A stretch of 64,000 nt of DNA from Octopus sinensis (GCF_006345805.1 NW_021831752.1:124001-188000), one strand, 5' to 3'. Counted from the first letter of the stretch, positions 37,995-50,860 are shown. Notes: generated from the sequence alone by a model not told the origin. Numbers and translations: made by a program.

Positions 37995-38997
37995 ATGTGT
38001 GATGATAGTGATGATGGCTGGATATTTGGCTGCGGTATTTAAAAAAATACAAAAAAATAGATTTTTCCGACTTGAAAGGAGACGAGATGGACAATTTCAC
38101 CACCAGATCATCCACCAACATCCCAGACTTCCAAACCTCAATAAAGTAACATTTTTCCCTCCAAAAACCAAGGAAAATTCCAGAAATAACAGTAAAGTAT
38201 AAAATGAACCACAAATCCCGCGGATATGCCTTAATAATCAACAACCGTGACTTTAACTCAGGAACCCACATGTCATCCCGGAAGGGCACTGACCAGGATG
38301 CCCAAAGTCTGTACAACCAACTAGTCGGCCCGATGGGATTCGACAAAACACGTGTAAAAGTATTCAACAACGTCACTGCCTGTAATATGAAAAAATTGTG
38401 CAATCAAGGTGGTTTCCGTTTTTAGAGTGGTTAGCCTCGTTGGTTGACCACAAGGACTGCGACATGTTTTTTTGCGCGGTTTTGTCCCACGGAGATTCGT
38501 CCTATGTTTATGGGGTGGATGGGCCTCTCTCACTCTCCAGTCTACTCGAGCCATTTAAGGCTGACGTATGTCCCACTTTGGGGGGAAAACCGAAGGTTTT
38601 TTTAATTCAGGTGGGTTTATTGGGGTATTTGAGGCATGTCGGGGAGACCGGCTGATGAAGGCCGCGGAGGTTTACGACACAATCGACAGTTCTGCCACGA
38701 CCAGCAGGATTCCGTCCGAAGCTGATTTTCTGACTGTTTATTCGACGGTGGAAGGTTTGTGGGGTGAGAGATTTGGGGTATTTTTCGTGGAGGAATTCGT
38801 CACACGGGTCGTGGTTTATTCAGGCGTTTTGTGCGTGTGTGGCCGAGTTTTGTGGAGAGTTGGATTTGGTGAAAATTGTTTCCCGGGCTTCACATTTGGT
38901 GGCATTTGAGTTTGAATCGAACGCGGAGGGGATTTTTGGTGGTAAGAAACAGGTCCCTCAAATGGTCTCCACCCTGACTAAAGATATTTACTTGTGA
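37995..38997 (+). CDS. Effector caspase (caspase-3/7-like)
   Basis: Short prodomain with DEMD; RGYALIINNRDF; catalytic SHG and Q^ACRG (23-nt intron 38611-38633); GYFSWRNSSHGSWFIQ; KQVPQMVSTLTKDIYL. Confidence 0.95.
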
Positions 38998-39009
38998 ATT
39001 GTCGTCTAA

Positions 39010-39760
39010 CTTTGTCTAATTATATCCCATCATGGACATACATTTAGGCAGATAGGCGAATATAGCTCAAAAAATGGGGAGTAATTAGCTTTGTATTAGG
39101 AAAAAGAGGTGTATGAGTAGGCTTACTATCCGTCCCTGATTAGCCGGGATATAGTTTTGCATATCACATTTGTAATGTCATTCTGGAATACCACATGGGA
39201 TATTTACATTCTCAAAGCACTCAACAGCGACTCAAGATAACTCTGGAGAATATCACTATTCCATCTCATAGTCTGTTTTAATTTATAAGCTACCTATGGA
39301 ATGTTCTGAAAGTGATTTTGTAAAAAAAAGTCCTTGTTTCTAATCACAGCGTGTAAATATACAATCAAGTAATTTCTCCTACTTTCGTGAGATTTGCCTT
39401 TTCCTCTTTTAAAAATCAGATTAACTCTCATCCGAGAAATTCCAACAAAAACCCGATACAGTATTTCTTGACCTTGTTTCCGATAAAGGGGCTTTGAACT
39501 ACAAGCGGAGTTTCCTATCTTTTTTAGGGAGTCAAAAACTCGCTCAGAGATATGGTGATCCAAACAGAGAAATTTAGGTTTGTAATTAAAAGTGCAGTCT
39601 AATTGAATTCCTCTTCGTCGGCACCAAAGAAGAACAGTTAAGTCGCTAGAGGAACATGGGGGAGGATTCAAAGTATATTGAAGGCCGATATTACCTAACC
39701 TAGTTAGTTTGACTTTTTTTCTTGTAGTTAACATTTGCCTGAAATAGATTGTATGTCATA
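39010..39760 (-). CDS. Uncharacterised gene (146-codon exon plus further exons)
   Basis: ORF 39294-39734 followed by open segments (MRWNSDILQSYLESLLSALRM; YKANYSPFFELYSPIC); no family recognised. Confidence 0.4.
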
Positions 39761-42320
39761 TATCAAACATTTGATTACTGACAAGTGTGTAAAGCGAAAG
39801 AAAATGAATAAATAAGAAAAATACAAAAAATACATTCAAATATATAAACGTGTCTTCTTCCGATGTAACACGTTAATAGCCCCGGCCTTCCAACTGAACT
39901 TTATTCATTGATATATACATTGATAATACATTATCAACAAAAAATAAACCTTAAGACGGTCTTCCAGTGTGTAAATTCCTAGTTCCCTTGCACTATATAT
40001 AACCCCGCATGCTAAATAAAAACTTTTTAAAAGCATAATCGTATGCATAAAAACTGAACCTGTTGAAGATACTGTTTGTGAACTCGATGCTATGCCGGCA
40101 CGATCAATTACTGAATGTACACAAAGATCACATTCAAAAGACTGACTTATTTAGTACCAAAATGGCGTTATCTTAAATCTCAAAACTCTAATTATATTGA
40201 CTAAATTAAGACAGTAGCTATGATAAATAGGTTAAAGTGCCACATCTCGCAAATATTCGAGTACCTGTGCTGACAATTACTCCTTCGGCGTATGTTTGTG
40301 TTGAAATTTTCTATAAAATTTACTATGAGGTCGTAAGCATTCAATACATTCGTTAAAATCAAAGGTAAATTCAACTTTATCTAATTTTTCAGACAAGTAA
40401 ATAATTACCAAAATTAGTTTTAAAGTATTAAATAGAACTGTCACCCTCATTTGTTTATATGATTATATGGAAGAGAGTTCGCTGTTTTTAATATTTGATA
40501 CTTTCCTTATAAAAATTCATGTTTTAGTCTTTTTTAGCAGTCGAAAAGGATTTTGATTACGATAATATTAAATAAAATTTACGTAATTTTATTACAAAAT
40601 ATTTTATATAAAAACTCGAATATTTATTTTATAATTATATGTTTTAAAATGGGGCTGATTTAAAATTGATAATTCAAAAATAATATATCTGTCCAGATTA
40701 AAAAACGAGAACTCAAGGAACGTAGAAATTATAAAACATTATTAAAACTTACTTTTCATACAAAATTTATCACGTTACGTTTTCATACAAATTTATCATG
40801 TTGCATTAGAAAATCATTCAACAACAAATTTAAAAAAATGTCAAAATAACATTTTTTCTAAAATATTCCCACATAAACAAGTCGGAGTATGACACTATTG
40901 TTGTCTTCATTTCTGGCTACCCTTCTCATCCTTAGCAAAATAATTAAAGCATTTTGTTATTTGAATGTCAATTTAATTATCCAAAAAGTAGAAAGTCACA
41001 TGGATAATAATCACATGCATTGTAAATTAAATCAACATTCTCTGCGAAGTCGATTTCGTCCAATACATAATGACTTAAACAGAAATGTAATAAAAGAAAC
41101 AATCAAGTTAGAAATGATTATCAATCCGAAATACAGTAACAAAAATAAAAACTGAACAAGCATTTTCTTACGAATTTCTATGAAACAATATCTAAAAAAT
41201 AACTTTTATTGATTGGCAAATGGCCTTGAAAGTAAGTGGAATGAATACTCGGACATACCACTGCCGACCACAGACTCCTTACTCACCACTTGGAAAGTAG
41301 CACTATCGATTGAGTATGTCTGCATGATCCACGTGCCTTGTTTCTGGTCTGACGACGTCCCAGGCATTTGAAGTGACTGCGTTTGCGAAGATGAACTAAG
41401 TTTCTGCTTGATTTTTGGAAATAAAAAGACGTTTATGGTCGGTGCTTGGGCCTTAAAACATTAAATAAAGTATTGTTTATTTTTTTTGTTTTTCTAGAAA
41501 ATATTATATTTATACGATTTTCATTCATTGATAACTCAGAACCCAGAAAAAAACTGAACAAATTTATTTAATATGTTCTCCATTAGCTCTAATTACACGA
41601 CCCCCAACATTCTCTGCGAAGTCAAATTCCCGAAAGATGGTATTCAAAGCATAGTTGATGGGGAAACAGGCACATTAAACCCCTCAATGTCCACTACACA
41701 TCACCCTCAACACCCACATTTATTCATCGATGTCTTAGGGGAAAGTAGTGGCTTGGAGAGTCATCCAGATGTGGAAACTCGGGTGTATGTTCGGTTTTAT
41801 AGGATGAAATGGCGAGAGATCGGTACTGTTTGGTTTATAGTTCATGTTATTGTCAGTATTTCTCATTCTAGAATAATATTAATTATTGTTTATCTTAGCT
41901 AGCATAATATTTAGTCACATTAAACACACCCAAACAACTTTACAAAACCTGCAAATTTATTATTAAAAGCGCATGTACTTGGGTTTAAATAAATAATAAT
42001 GTTCTTTTATATTTATTATAATATAATAAAATGTACTATTTATCAACCTTGAATATTTTTATCACTTTGAACTGGCAGCATTTTCTAATTTTCATTGATA
42101 CTTGTAAACTAAAATGACAACAATGCGACATAAAGTCTACCAAAGGTATGGTTTTTGTTGACAAAAATTTGAAAAGCACATTGTTTATCCGTTTTATTTT
42201 TTAATTATTGTGGGTCTAAACCTTGGCAGTTTTAACCGTACCCCAATCATTCTACTTTGAGTGAGATTTTCTTCTACTTTCCAACCGAATTACTGAAACA
42301 ATATTCTTAGACCGGATCAA

Positions 42321-42617
42321 TCATGTGGCAAAAACAACATCCATATTATCTATAGATAGGCTTCCCATTCCGGGATTTTCCGGGACAAAAAAAATTTCAC
42401 GGAATAACAAGAAAAAAAAAGAAAATATCTTTAGTAAAAAAGAAAATGTCCTCACTCTCCATCTCCCGTCAAATAATTTTTCTATTTGTCTCATAGCTTT
42501 CACCGGCGTGTCACGGCAACTTTTCTTAATTCTGATCAGGTCATTTAGTAAGGATTCGATTCTCGAAAGCTCTCCTTTTTTTGAATTTTTATATCCATAA
42601 CGATATAGAATATCCAT
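42321..42617 (-). CDS. Possible small protein with a hydrophobic segment
   Basis: 98-codon ATG-initiated ORF; the opposite frame is also open, so support is weak. Confidence 0.25.
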   Translation of the reverse strand: MDILYRYGYKNSKKGELSRIESLLNDLIRIKKSCRDTPVKAMRQIEKLFDGRWRVRTFSFLLKIFSFFFLLFREIFFVPENPGMGSLSIDNMDVVFAT

Positions 42618-42949
42618 CGCATTTTATTTTTCACTCTGAGGCACAGCCTGTTTCACGTAACAATTTTAACCCAAAACCGCAAACTTGAATGATTGACGTC
42701 ATGCCATACATGGAATATGCTCTCAAAATATTTTGGGAGCTATGAATAACTTTTGTATGGAGAAATCACAAGGAAAAATATTTAACAAACAATCTGACAA
42801 AAACAGTAAAATTATGGGGTTCCATAAGCATTATTGGATTCACTTTGTAAAGAATATTTTGCAACTTATTTGTTTTTTAATTACATTTCTAATTAAGTCA
42901 TTAATTAAATTGTTGTTATTACATGTTAATATAATTGACTTAATTTAGA

Positions 42950-44369
42950 ATGCGTGGACTGCACGTTTGTTTATCATCCATGTGATTGTGTTATATAAAT
43001 GTGTAGTCGACATTGGTCGAACATCACTCAGGTCCCCCCTGACCCCATTTTGGGACTGAGTGACGCATTCAGACGGGACACAAACCCCAACAAAATAAAT
43101 TTAACGATAGGTGCCTACCGCGATGACAGAGGACAGCCACTAGTTCTCCAATCCGTCAAAAAAGTACTCATTCTATACTACTAAACAAGGCCGAACAAAT
43201 AATGGCCACCCAGTCACTAAACAAGGAGTATCCCCCACTTACCGGAGTCCCTGGATTCCTTCGTTATGCTGCGGAGTTGTCATTTGGCCACAACTCCTCA
43301 CTTATAAAGAATGGACTGGTTATTTGTTTTGAAATAATATTCAAAGAACTGCACTGTTCAGACAGTCTCGGGGACTGGGGGAATCAGATTGGGCGCTGAA
43401 TTTTTAATGAAGAATTGGGCTGGAAAAAAGGAGATTTGGATCCCCAATCCTTCCTGGGCCAACCACAGTGGCATATTTCTGTATTCCACATTTTTCCAAT
43501 CCCAGAAAAGTGGGAATGGAATTAAAGCATTATCGCTACTATGACCCCCAGACAAGAGGATTGGACTTTACTGGCCTGATGACTGATTTTGAGGTTACTT
43601 TTCTATCCTAATGGAAGGCATTGGGGGACAATTCAGTAGTCCTGCTCCACCCATGTGCCCACAACCCGACAGGAGTGGACCCGACAGTTGTGATGGTCTG
43701 TAAATTTAATAGATGGACGAATGGAAGTCAATTTTGGATTTGTTGTGTAAAAAGAAGTGTTGTGTCTTCTTCGATATGGCCTATCAGGGATATGCCTCAG
43801 GGGATGTCGATAGAGATGCCTTCCCTGTCCGATATATGGTGGACTCGGCCACCGACAGTCCAATCCTCCTTGTCCAGTCATTTGCCAAGAACATGGGACT
43901 GTATGGTGAAAGGACGGGGTGTCTTACCGTGGCTTGTCAGTCCCAGGATGAGAAGCAACTTGTCAATTCTAATCTTCAATTTTTGGTTAGACGACTTTGG
44001 TCGTTTTCCCCTATTCATGGAGCACGGATTGCGGAGATAGTCCTGGGGGATCCCGAATTGCGGAAATTGTGGCTAACGGAGGTTAAGGCGATGGCTGAGC
44101 GGATATTTGCTGTCAGGAAGTTGGTTGTCTCCAAACTAGCCAAGGCTGGTTCGACTCTCGATTGGGATCACATTGAGAGGCAGATTGGCATGTTTTGTTT
44201 TACTGGGTTGGGGAAAGATCAGGTTTGGTGTTATTGGGGATTTTAGGTCGATTTGTTGAGGACGGAGTACTCTATTTATATGACCAGTGATGGCCGAATT
44301 TCTGTCACTGGCCTAAATACGGCCAATATTGACTATTTTGTCACTGCTGTTCTCAATGTCACTAAATAA
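42950..44369 (+). CDS. GOT2: Aspartate aminotransferase, mitochondrial type
   Basis: [58 protein letters not shown] (PLP lysine), [18 protein letters not shown]. Confidence 0.97.
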
Positions 44370-44489
44370 CATTTCTCTACTAATCATAATTCTTTATTTG
44401 TTGATATTTTGGTTTGTTAGGAGTATTGGTTGAGAATTAGTTATTTTAGTTAATATTTTAAATTGGCTGTTAAAGTCGATTCACGGAGG

Positions 44490-44940
44490 GCATCACAGAG
44501 ATTCATCTATGGGAATTCCAAATGGATATGAAGCTGCTGTGCATGTAACCTGCAGTGTAGTGACATACTTCAATTGCTCGATACTTCTCTAAAGTTGGCC
44601 GCTGCAAAAATTATAAAAATATACTTTGATGACGCTGGATGGACTTGTTATATGCCTTGGTGGAGTCGGACTAAGTTCGCCGTTGGATATGCCCCTCCCT
44701 GCCTTTCTTTCCTCACGTGCCAGTTACCACGTCCTCATTATCCAAATTGGTAGAGGACCGGCCTTTCTCTGGAAAGCATCCGGATTGCCCATTTCATTAA
44801 ATGGGATATTTACAGCAAAGATAAAATGTAACCAGAGAATTCTTTTCGCAAAAAACTCACCTGATCAGGAAGTTTTAGATATAAAACTGGACATTAAGAA
44901 TGCATTCAACAGCCTGAGAAGAGATGTGATTTTCGAAGCT
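44490..44940 (+). mobile_element. CRE-clade RT and post-RT fragments, non-collinear
   Basis: MGIPNGYEAAVH, then the post-RT segment LGGVGLSSPLDMPLPAFLSS, then the RT motif IKLDIKNAFNSLRRD. Confidence 0.75.
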
Positions 44941-47445
44941 TCCTTTGTGCCGCGTGAACAACAATACTGTCCCACAACCTTCTCCAGGTGCCTCTCCTCT
45001 TTGCCAATTCTCTCAGGTTGTCGAGATCATCAGCAGTTTCGAGTTTCCTCCCAATAATTTTGAGATCCTGATTTAGCACCGATGGAAGTCTTGTCCTTGG
45101 TCTTTTTCGGAATGTGTCTCCGCATTGCATGAAATATGTTTCCATAGCAATGTTAGCAGGAGTGGCGACGTCCATCCGCAGAATGTGGCCAAATAGCCTC
45201 CATCGTGATTTCAGGATTTCGATCGAAAGAATTTCTGAGTTGCATAATTTGTATAGGTTGTGATCTTCTGCGGGTAGCGGATGTTGAGTGCTGCACGTAA
45301 TTGAGATCTATAGAAACTGTCTAGTTCAGAGGTTTCCAAATGGGGAGGCGCGCCTCCCTAGGGAGGCGTTGACTCGTGTCAAGGGAGGCGCGAAAAGTAT
45401 TTCAGAAACATTTTTTAGAAAATTATATCTATGTAAAAAACGTGACTATATTCCGATAATAAGAGTTATTAATTTAAAAATTATATTTTTTCAAAAATTT
45501 ATTTAATTTATTAGACAATTAAATAATTTTAACACAGACAATTAAATAATTTTAACACATGTTTCTGTCTCTTCAAATGCTTTACTAGCATCGTACAAAG
45601 TTTCTTACAGGATTGCAAAATGCAAGAAACCGCACAATATCGGAGAAACTCTAGTTTTGCCAGCAGCTATCGATATGGTTGAAGCAATGTTTGGCGAATC
45701 CTATGCAAAACAATTACAGCAAATACCGCTTGCTGATAACACAGTCGCTAGAAGAATTGATGACATATCTGAAGATCTTTGTGATCAGTTGGTTTCTCGA
45801 CTACGTAACTGTAAATTTGCTATACAAGTTGATGAGGGAGCTGACATAAATAAAAATGCACATTTAATTGCATATGTCAGATATGCTGAAGAAAGTACAA
45901 TAATAGAAGATCTATTATTCTGCAAACCATTTCCTGGAAGGAGCACGGCCAATGAAATTTTTAATATAATTGATACTTTTTTTGAAGAAAATAACATAGA
46001 ATGGATCAATTGTGTTGGACTTTGTACAGACGGAGCACAGTCAATGTCAGGAAATAAATCTGGTCTTCAAGCTCTTGTAAAAACAGAGCACCAGAATTAT
46101 CTGGACGCACTGCATGCTGCACAGATCAGCACTTGTCTCAAAGAATATGAGTCCAGAACTGAACGATATTTTTGCGCAAATTACAAAAGTTATAAACTAC
46201 ATAAAACACAGTCCTTTAAGAGCTAAGCTTTTTGCAAAGCTGTGTGAAGATATGGATTCAAAATATACATCGCTTTTATACTATTGTGAGGTACGCTGGC
46301 TATCTCGTGCAAAAGTGATTAGAAGGGTGTTTGAACTCAAAGATCAAGTTGCAGATTTTCTTGATGAAAATGATATTGAAGATGCAAGTTGTTCAGGGAT
46401 GATGACTTTATTGTCAAATTTGCCTATTTAGTTGACATTTTTGGAAATTGAGTATATTGAATAAATCAATGCGGGACCACAACTACATTTATTCTCTCAA
46501 AAGGACAAAATAAAAGCATTTATGAAAAAATTGGTATTATGGAAATCAAATATACAAAAAAATATCTATGACATGTTTCCACTTTTAAACACCTTTTGCG
46601 CCATAGTGAACATTGAGAGCAAACAAAGACATATTTGCTGAACATTTGTTGTTTGTTGAAGCATTTTGCTCACTATTTTAAAGATCTCGACTGTAAAATG
46701 TTCGAATGGATACAGAATCCATTTATTGATGAAGAAGATAATCAATTTGCATTGACAACTTTTGAAAAAGAAAAATTGATAGAATTGTCATGCGATACAT
46801 TATTGAAACAAAAATTTGAGAGAAGAACCGCTAATTTCTTTTTGGTTGAATGTAAGAACGGAATATGAAATTTTGTCGAATAAAGCAATGAAAGTTTTGT
46901 TGCCATTTGCTACTTCATATTTATGCGAAACTGGATTTTCTGCACTAGCTGCAATTAAATCTAAATATCGAACTCGTTTAGTAGTGACTAATGAGCTAAG
47001 AGTAGCACTCTCTGCGATGACACCAAGATTTGAAAAACTTTGCCCAAGATGGAAAAAAAATTATCTCATTAACTTTTTGTTTTAAAAAATTGTTTTTGAT
47101 AAAATAATAATTGTATTATATTATGGAATATAAAGGGAGGCGCAAGATTGTACTTTTTCTCTAAGGGAGGCGCGTAAAAAAAAGCTTGGAAACCTCTGGT
47201 CTAGTTTCTGATTTTCCAATTTTGTGAGTCCTGAGGTTCCACAGTTGTAGGTAAGGATTGGCAATACAAACGAGTTGTATATCCTTATTTTCGTTTTTCT
47301 AGTTAGCTTCTTTTTAGTTCCCCATAAAGACATAAGCTTTCTAAAGGCTCCATTTGAAAGGATTTTCATTCGGGTAACATCCTTTGTGTCCCTCAGGAGC
47401 GTTCCCAACTTTTTGTGCCTTCTCCATGATTCATCAATGCCGTCT
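44940..47445 (-). mobile_element. RTE-like LINE 3' part, split by hAT copy 2
   Basis: SWRRHKKLGTLL..KTKIRIYNSFVLPILTYNCGT..KLENQKLD | SFYRSQLR.. RPRTRLPSVLNQDLK..LETADDLDNLRELA; the frame continues across the hAT TSD. Confidence 0.85.
45327..47198 (+). mobile_element. hAT element, deletion derivative 2, same family as 12476-15116
   Basis: Same TIRs; 8-bp TSD GTCTAGTT (45319-45326 and 47199-47206); keeps the catalytic middle (FAIQVDE, CTDGAQSM, EVRWLSR) but lacks the N-terminal region. Confidence 0.95.
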
Positions 47446-48311
47446 GGTACTTTTGTCGAAGTGGTCGCAGTTTTTTTAGAAGATAATTAAAATTAATTAA
47501 TTTTTTTAGTGAAAAATAGATTATTTAATTTATAACCCTCTATCAATAATTTAAATGGTTATTAAAATTATTTAAAAATTTATTTAACAATTTAGTCATT
47601 TTTAGTACGCGCATCCAAATTCCAGGACTGTAGAAGGAATTTATGTCTTTTACAATCTGTGCAAAAGATTCCTTATAGTTCTGTATTTGTTTTCGCCACA
47701 TAAATTCTGAAAAAATAACTAACTAAAAAAACCTGCGAAATAAGATCCCAGATGATGTCTTACAGCTCCTCTTTGAGCTTTATTCTTGCATTTTGCACTT
47801 CCCCACATTCGTTCTAACTGTCTGGGTGTGCACTCCCGTCGTTGGATCCACAAAGAATTTTCTGAATATATTATATTTCCTTACTTATGGTTAACGGTTT
47901 CGTGTGTGTAGCCGTTTTCAACCAATTGATCAGTTGAATACCCTAAATGTTAATCAAATAATGCTAACCTTTCCAGCAGTCACTATAAATAATGCTTCCC
48001 ACCTCGACATATCGAATTACTAGACTGAGCAGTGTTTCTCTGCTCCTATCCGCGACTGGTTGCAGAAAACACTGTTTGGTGGCTCGACAAATACCACCGA
48101 AGACCCACTGTTTTGGTAAAACTCTTCCAGAGTTGTTTTTCCGTTTGGAAAACATACTCTCGTCTACCTCCACAATCATACCAGGACCACCTGAAATAAA
48201 CATTATAATACCAATTTTGCCGTCAGATCTTTTAACAAGTGCGTCCACACAGACTTCACGTAAAAACATAGCCCAATCGACATATGTATGTTCACCCCAA
48301 TTGTATTCGTG
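47446..48311 (-). mobile_element. Merlin family A copy 2, one TIR only, keeps the DDE core
   Basis: TIR GGTACTTTTGTCGAAGTGGTCGCAG; KIG^GPGMIVEVDESMFSKRKNNSGR..QWVFGGICR..IIYSDCWKG^Y; truncated at ~48311. Confidence 0.93.
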
Positions 48312-48548
48312 ATTGCGCTTTCCGATCGGCTTAAAGATACACCCATCGATGATGTTCTTTTCTCGGCGCCCAAGGGCCAAAGCCAACTCAAGAAGGCCTT
48401 ATCTGAGAAATCCAAATGGCTCTCTGACTTTATAAATAAACTCATCAACATCTCACGCCAATGGGATGACATTTACAGCAAAGATAAAATTGACACAATC
48501 AGACCTACATTGGATCAACACTGGAGTCACAATTTTTCCGTGGATTAA
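48312..48548 (+). mobile_element. Probable CRE post-RT fragment
   Basis: ISRQWDDIYSKDKIDTIRPTLDQH resembles the CRE Q..WDDI..L.Q..LA segment; shares 20 identical nt (atttacagcaaagataaaat) with the CRE piece at 44808-44827. Confidence 0.55.
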
Positions 48549-48613
48549 TGAGAAATCTATATTGAATAAATTAATGTTGAAATAAACCACAAATAAAATT
48601 AACTTGTGAGCAC

Positions 48614-50079
48614 ATGACTGTGGTGCGTCCTGGGATTATAACATGGATTGTATATATAAAAGTATAAATTAAAGCAGCCATTTTTTACAAAAAACCTACG
48701 AAGGTCACTAAACTTGCAAGAATATAACAGCAAGGACCTGATGAAGAAATACGGCGTTTCTGTCCAAAGATTTCGAGTTGCCTCCACCCCAAAGGAAGCC
48801 ACAGAAGCTGCAAAATATCTGCTCAACACTGACGCCAAAGAACTCGTCATAAAAGCCCAAATTCTGGCAGGCGGACGAGGAAAGGGTCACTTTGACACAG
48901 GCTACAAAGGCGGTGTCAAAATAACAAAAAAGTATCATATTTTGAGACTATTTTAAATAGTTTGGCCGATGTGGAGGACATTGCCACCAACATGTTAGGA
49001 AATAGACTAATCACTAAACAAACCCCTTCCGATGGAGTTTTAGTCCAAAAAGTGAGTCCACTCACCCACAATGCCCTCTCAGATCACAGTAGCGGAAGCT
49101 CTGGATATTCACAAGGAGAAATACGTGGCCATCGTTCTGGACAGATCCACTTGCTGTCCAGTCATTGTGGGCAGTCCTTACGGGGGAATGGACATTGAGC
49201 AGGTCGCTGAACAATTTCCAGAAAAAGTGTTCAAAGTTGGGCTGATTTGTAGTTTTGTAGGAATATATCGACATTTCTGAAGGGATTACGTCGATTCAGG
49301 CCACCAGAATGGCAGAAAACCTTCAATTCAGTCCTTCTCAGATCTCTAGTGTACAGAAAATGTGGTATTGGTAGGCTGCTGATCAAATAAAGCGACTTTA
49401 TGACATGTTTTGGCGAATTGATGCCACACAAGTGGAGGTAAACCCACTCGGAGAGACCCCCGAAGGACGAGTCGTGGCTTTTGATGCCAAAATAAACTTC
49501 GACGACAATGCTTTCTACAGACAGAAGGAGATATTCGAAATGGACGACAAAAGTGAGTCCAGTCTGGCTGAGAGGGAGGCCGAGAAGTTTGGATTCAACT
49601 ATATTCCCACGGAAGGGAACATTGGGTGTCTGGGTAGGGGTGTTTTGTCAGTGGCCAGTCAACGGGGCTGGGTTGGCTATGGCCACAATGGACGCAATCA
49701 AGCTGTATGGCGGAATGCCGGCCAATTTTCTGGATTTGGGGGGTGCGGTCAGACAAGATGTGATCGGAGAGGCGTTTAGGATTATTTTATTCGATAAGAA
49801 TGTTAGTTTTGTGTGATATGTGCAGGTTAAAGTGATATTTGTGAATGTGTTTGGTGGGATTGTGAATTGTGTTGGGGTGGCGAAGGGATTGGTTGAGGCA
49901 ATTGACAAGATGGGAGTGAAAGTGCCCTTGGTGGTTCGTTTGTTGGGTTGTTTGTGCTGTTCAGTGTAGGGACTGGAGCGGATGAAGCAAATGATGTTAT
50001 TAAAAAGTCGGGTTTGAACGTCTACACTGTCCGGGGGTTTGACGAGGCTGCTCAAAAATCTGTCCAATTATTGGACTGA
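48614..50079 (+). CDS. SUCLG2: Succinyl-CoA ligase beta subunit, GDP-forming type, mitochondrial
   Basis: [88 protein letters not shown]. Confidence 0.93.
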
Positions 50080-50711
50080 ATAAACTTTATTTGGTTGTTT
50101 TCATTAATAATTCTGCTTATTAATATTTCATGTTAATATTTGTTTCGATATAAATTGAATGGAGCATTATAGGTTTAATCGACGCCTAATGACTTTTTAG
50201 GTGATTTTTACATTCTAAAAATTGTGTTGATTATTTTTAAATGATATTGTTAGTCGGATTATTTTTTGTCACCTTAAAAATGGCAACAAGAGGGGTTTTA
50301 CTGTAAGTTTTATGTGGCATTGAAACAATATTATTGCGGATTTAAATGTTTTATCATGTGAAAAAAATAAACATGAAAAGAAAAAGTAACTCAAAAAATA
50401 GTTGAGAGCCTGAGAATCAGCTCAACTGCGTATTGAATGGCAGTTTCCGCGAAGCACGGCTGTTTGTTTTTGAAGAGATTCTCCTACCAATGTCAGTGAG
50501 GAGTTAAGTCGCTGCCTTGCCGACGATTCCTGAGATTTTGAAGCCAAGGGGTGGAAGCCGTTCAACTAAATTGTCGATTCGTACCGGCAAGGGTGGGGCT
50601 AGCAGATGTCTAAGCCAAAGCATAAACAAATCCCGATCCGTAAGGATTCATCGTCCAGTATTCTCCAAATACACAGCTCGGCACACAACAATTGTTATGC
50701 CACTACAAGTA

Positions 50712-50860
50712 CACGCTCAACCAGACACAGTTCACGTTACATGAATTGCAAGTTTCATTCAGAATTTTAATGTTCAAATGTATCGCAAATCACATTACTT
50801 ATCGCAATTTGCTACGCCCTTCATCAATGCACGAGTCAAGTGATCCACCGTTTAGGGTAA
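50712..50860 (-). rRNA. 5.8S rRNA, possibly pseudogenic
   Basis: Minus strand AACGGTGGATCACTTGACTCGTGCATTGATGAAGGGCGTAGCAAATTGCGATAAGTAATGTGA..TGTCTGGTTGAGCG. Confidence 0.85.

Noticed and set aside
42690-42705. TGACGTCA (CRE/ATF site) upstream of GOT2
   Set aside because: A single 8-mer is expected by chance at some frequency; no supporting evidence
47964-48472. Chimeric ORFs crossing 48311 that suggest a transposase fusion protein
   Set aside because: They simply read across the truncation junction between Merlin and an opposite-strand CRE-like fragment
50560-50660. caaatcccgatccgtaaggatt resembling an LSU rRNA segment
   Set aside because: Wrong strand relative to 18S and 5.8S, and the flanking LSU motifs are absent
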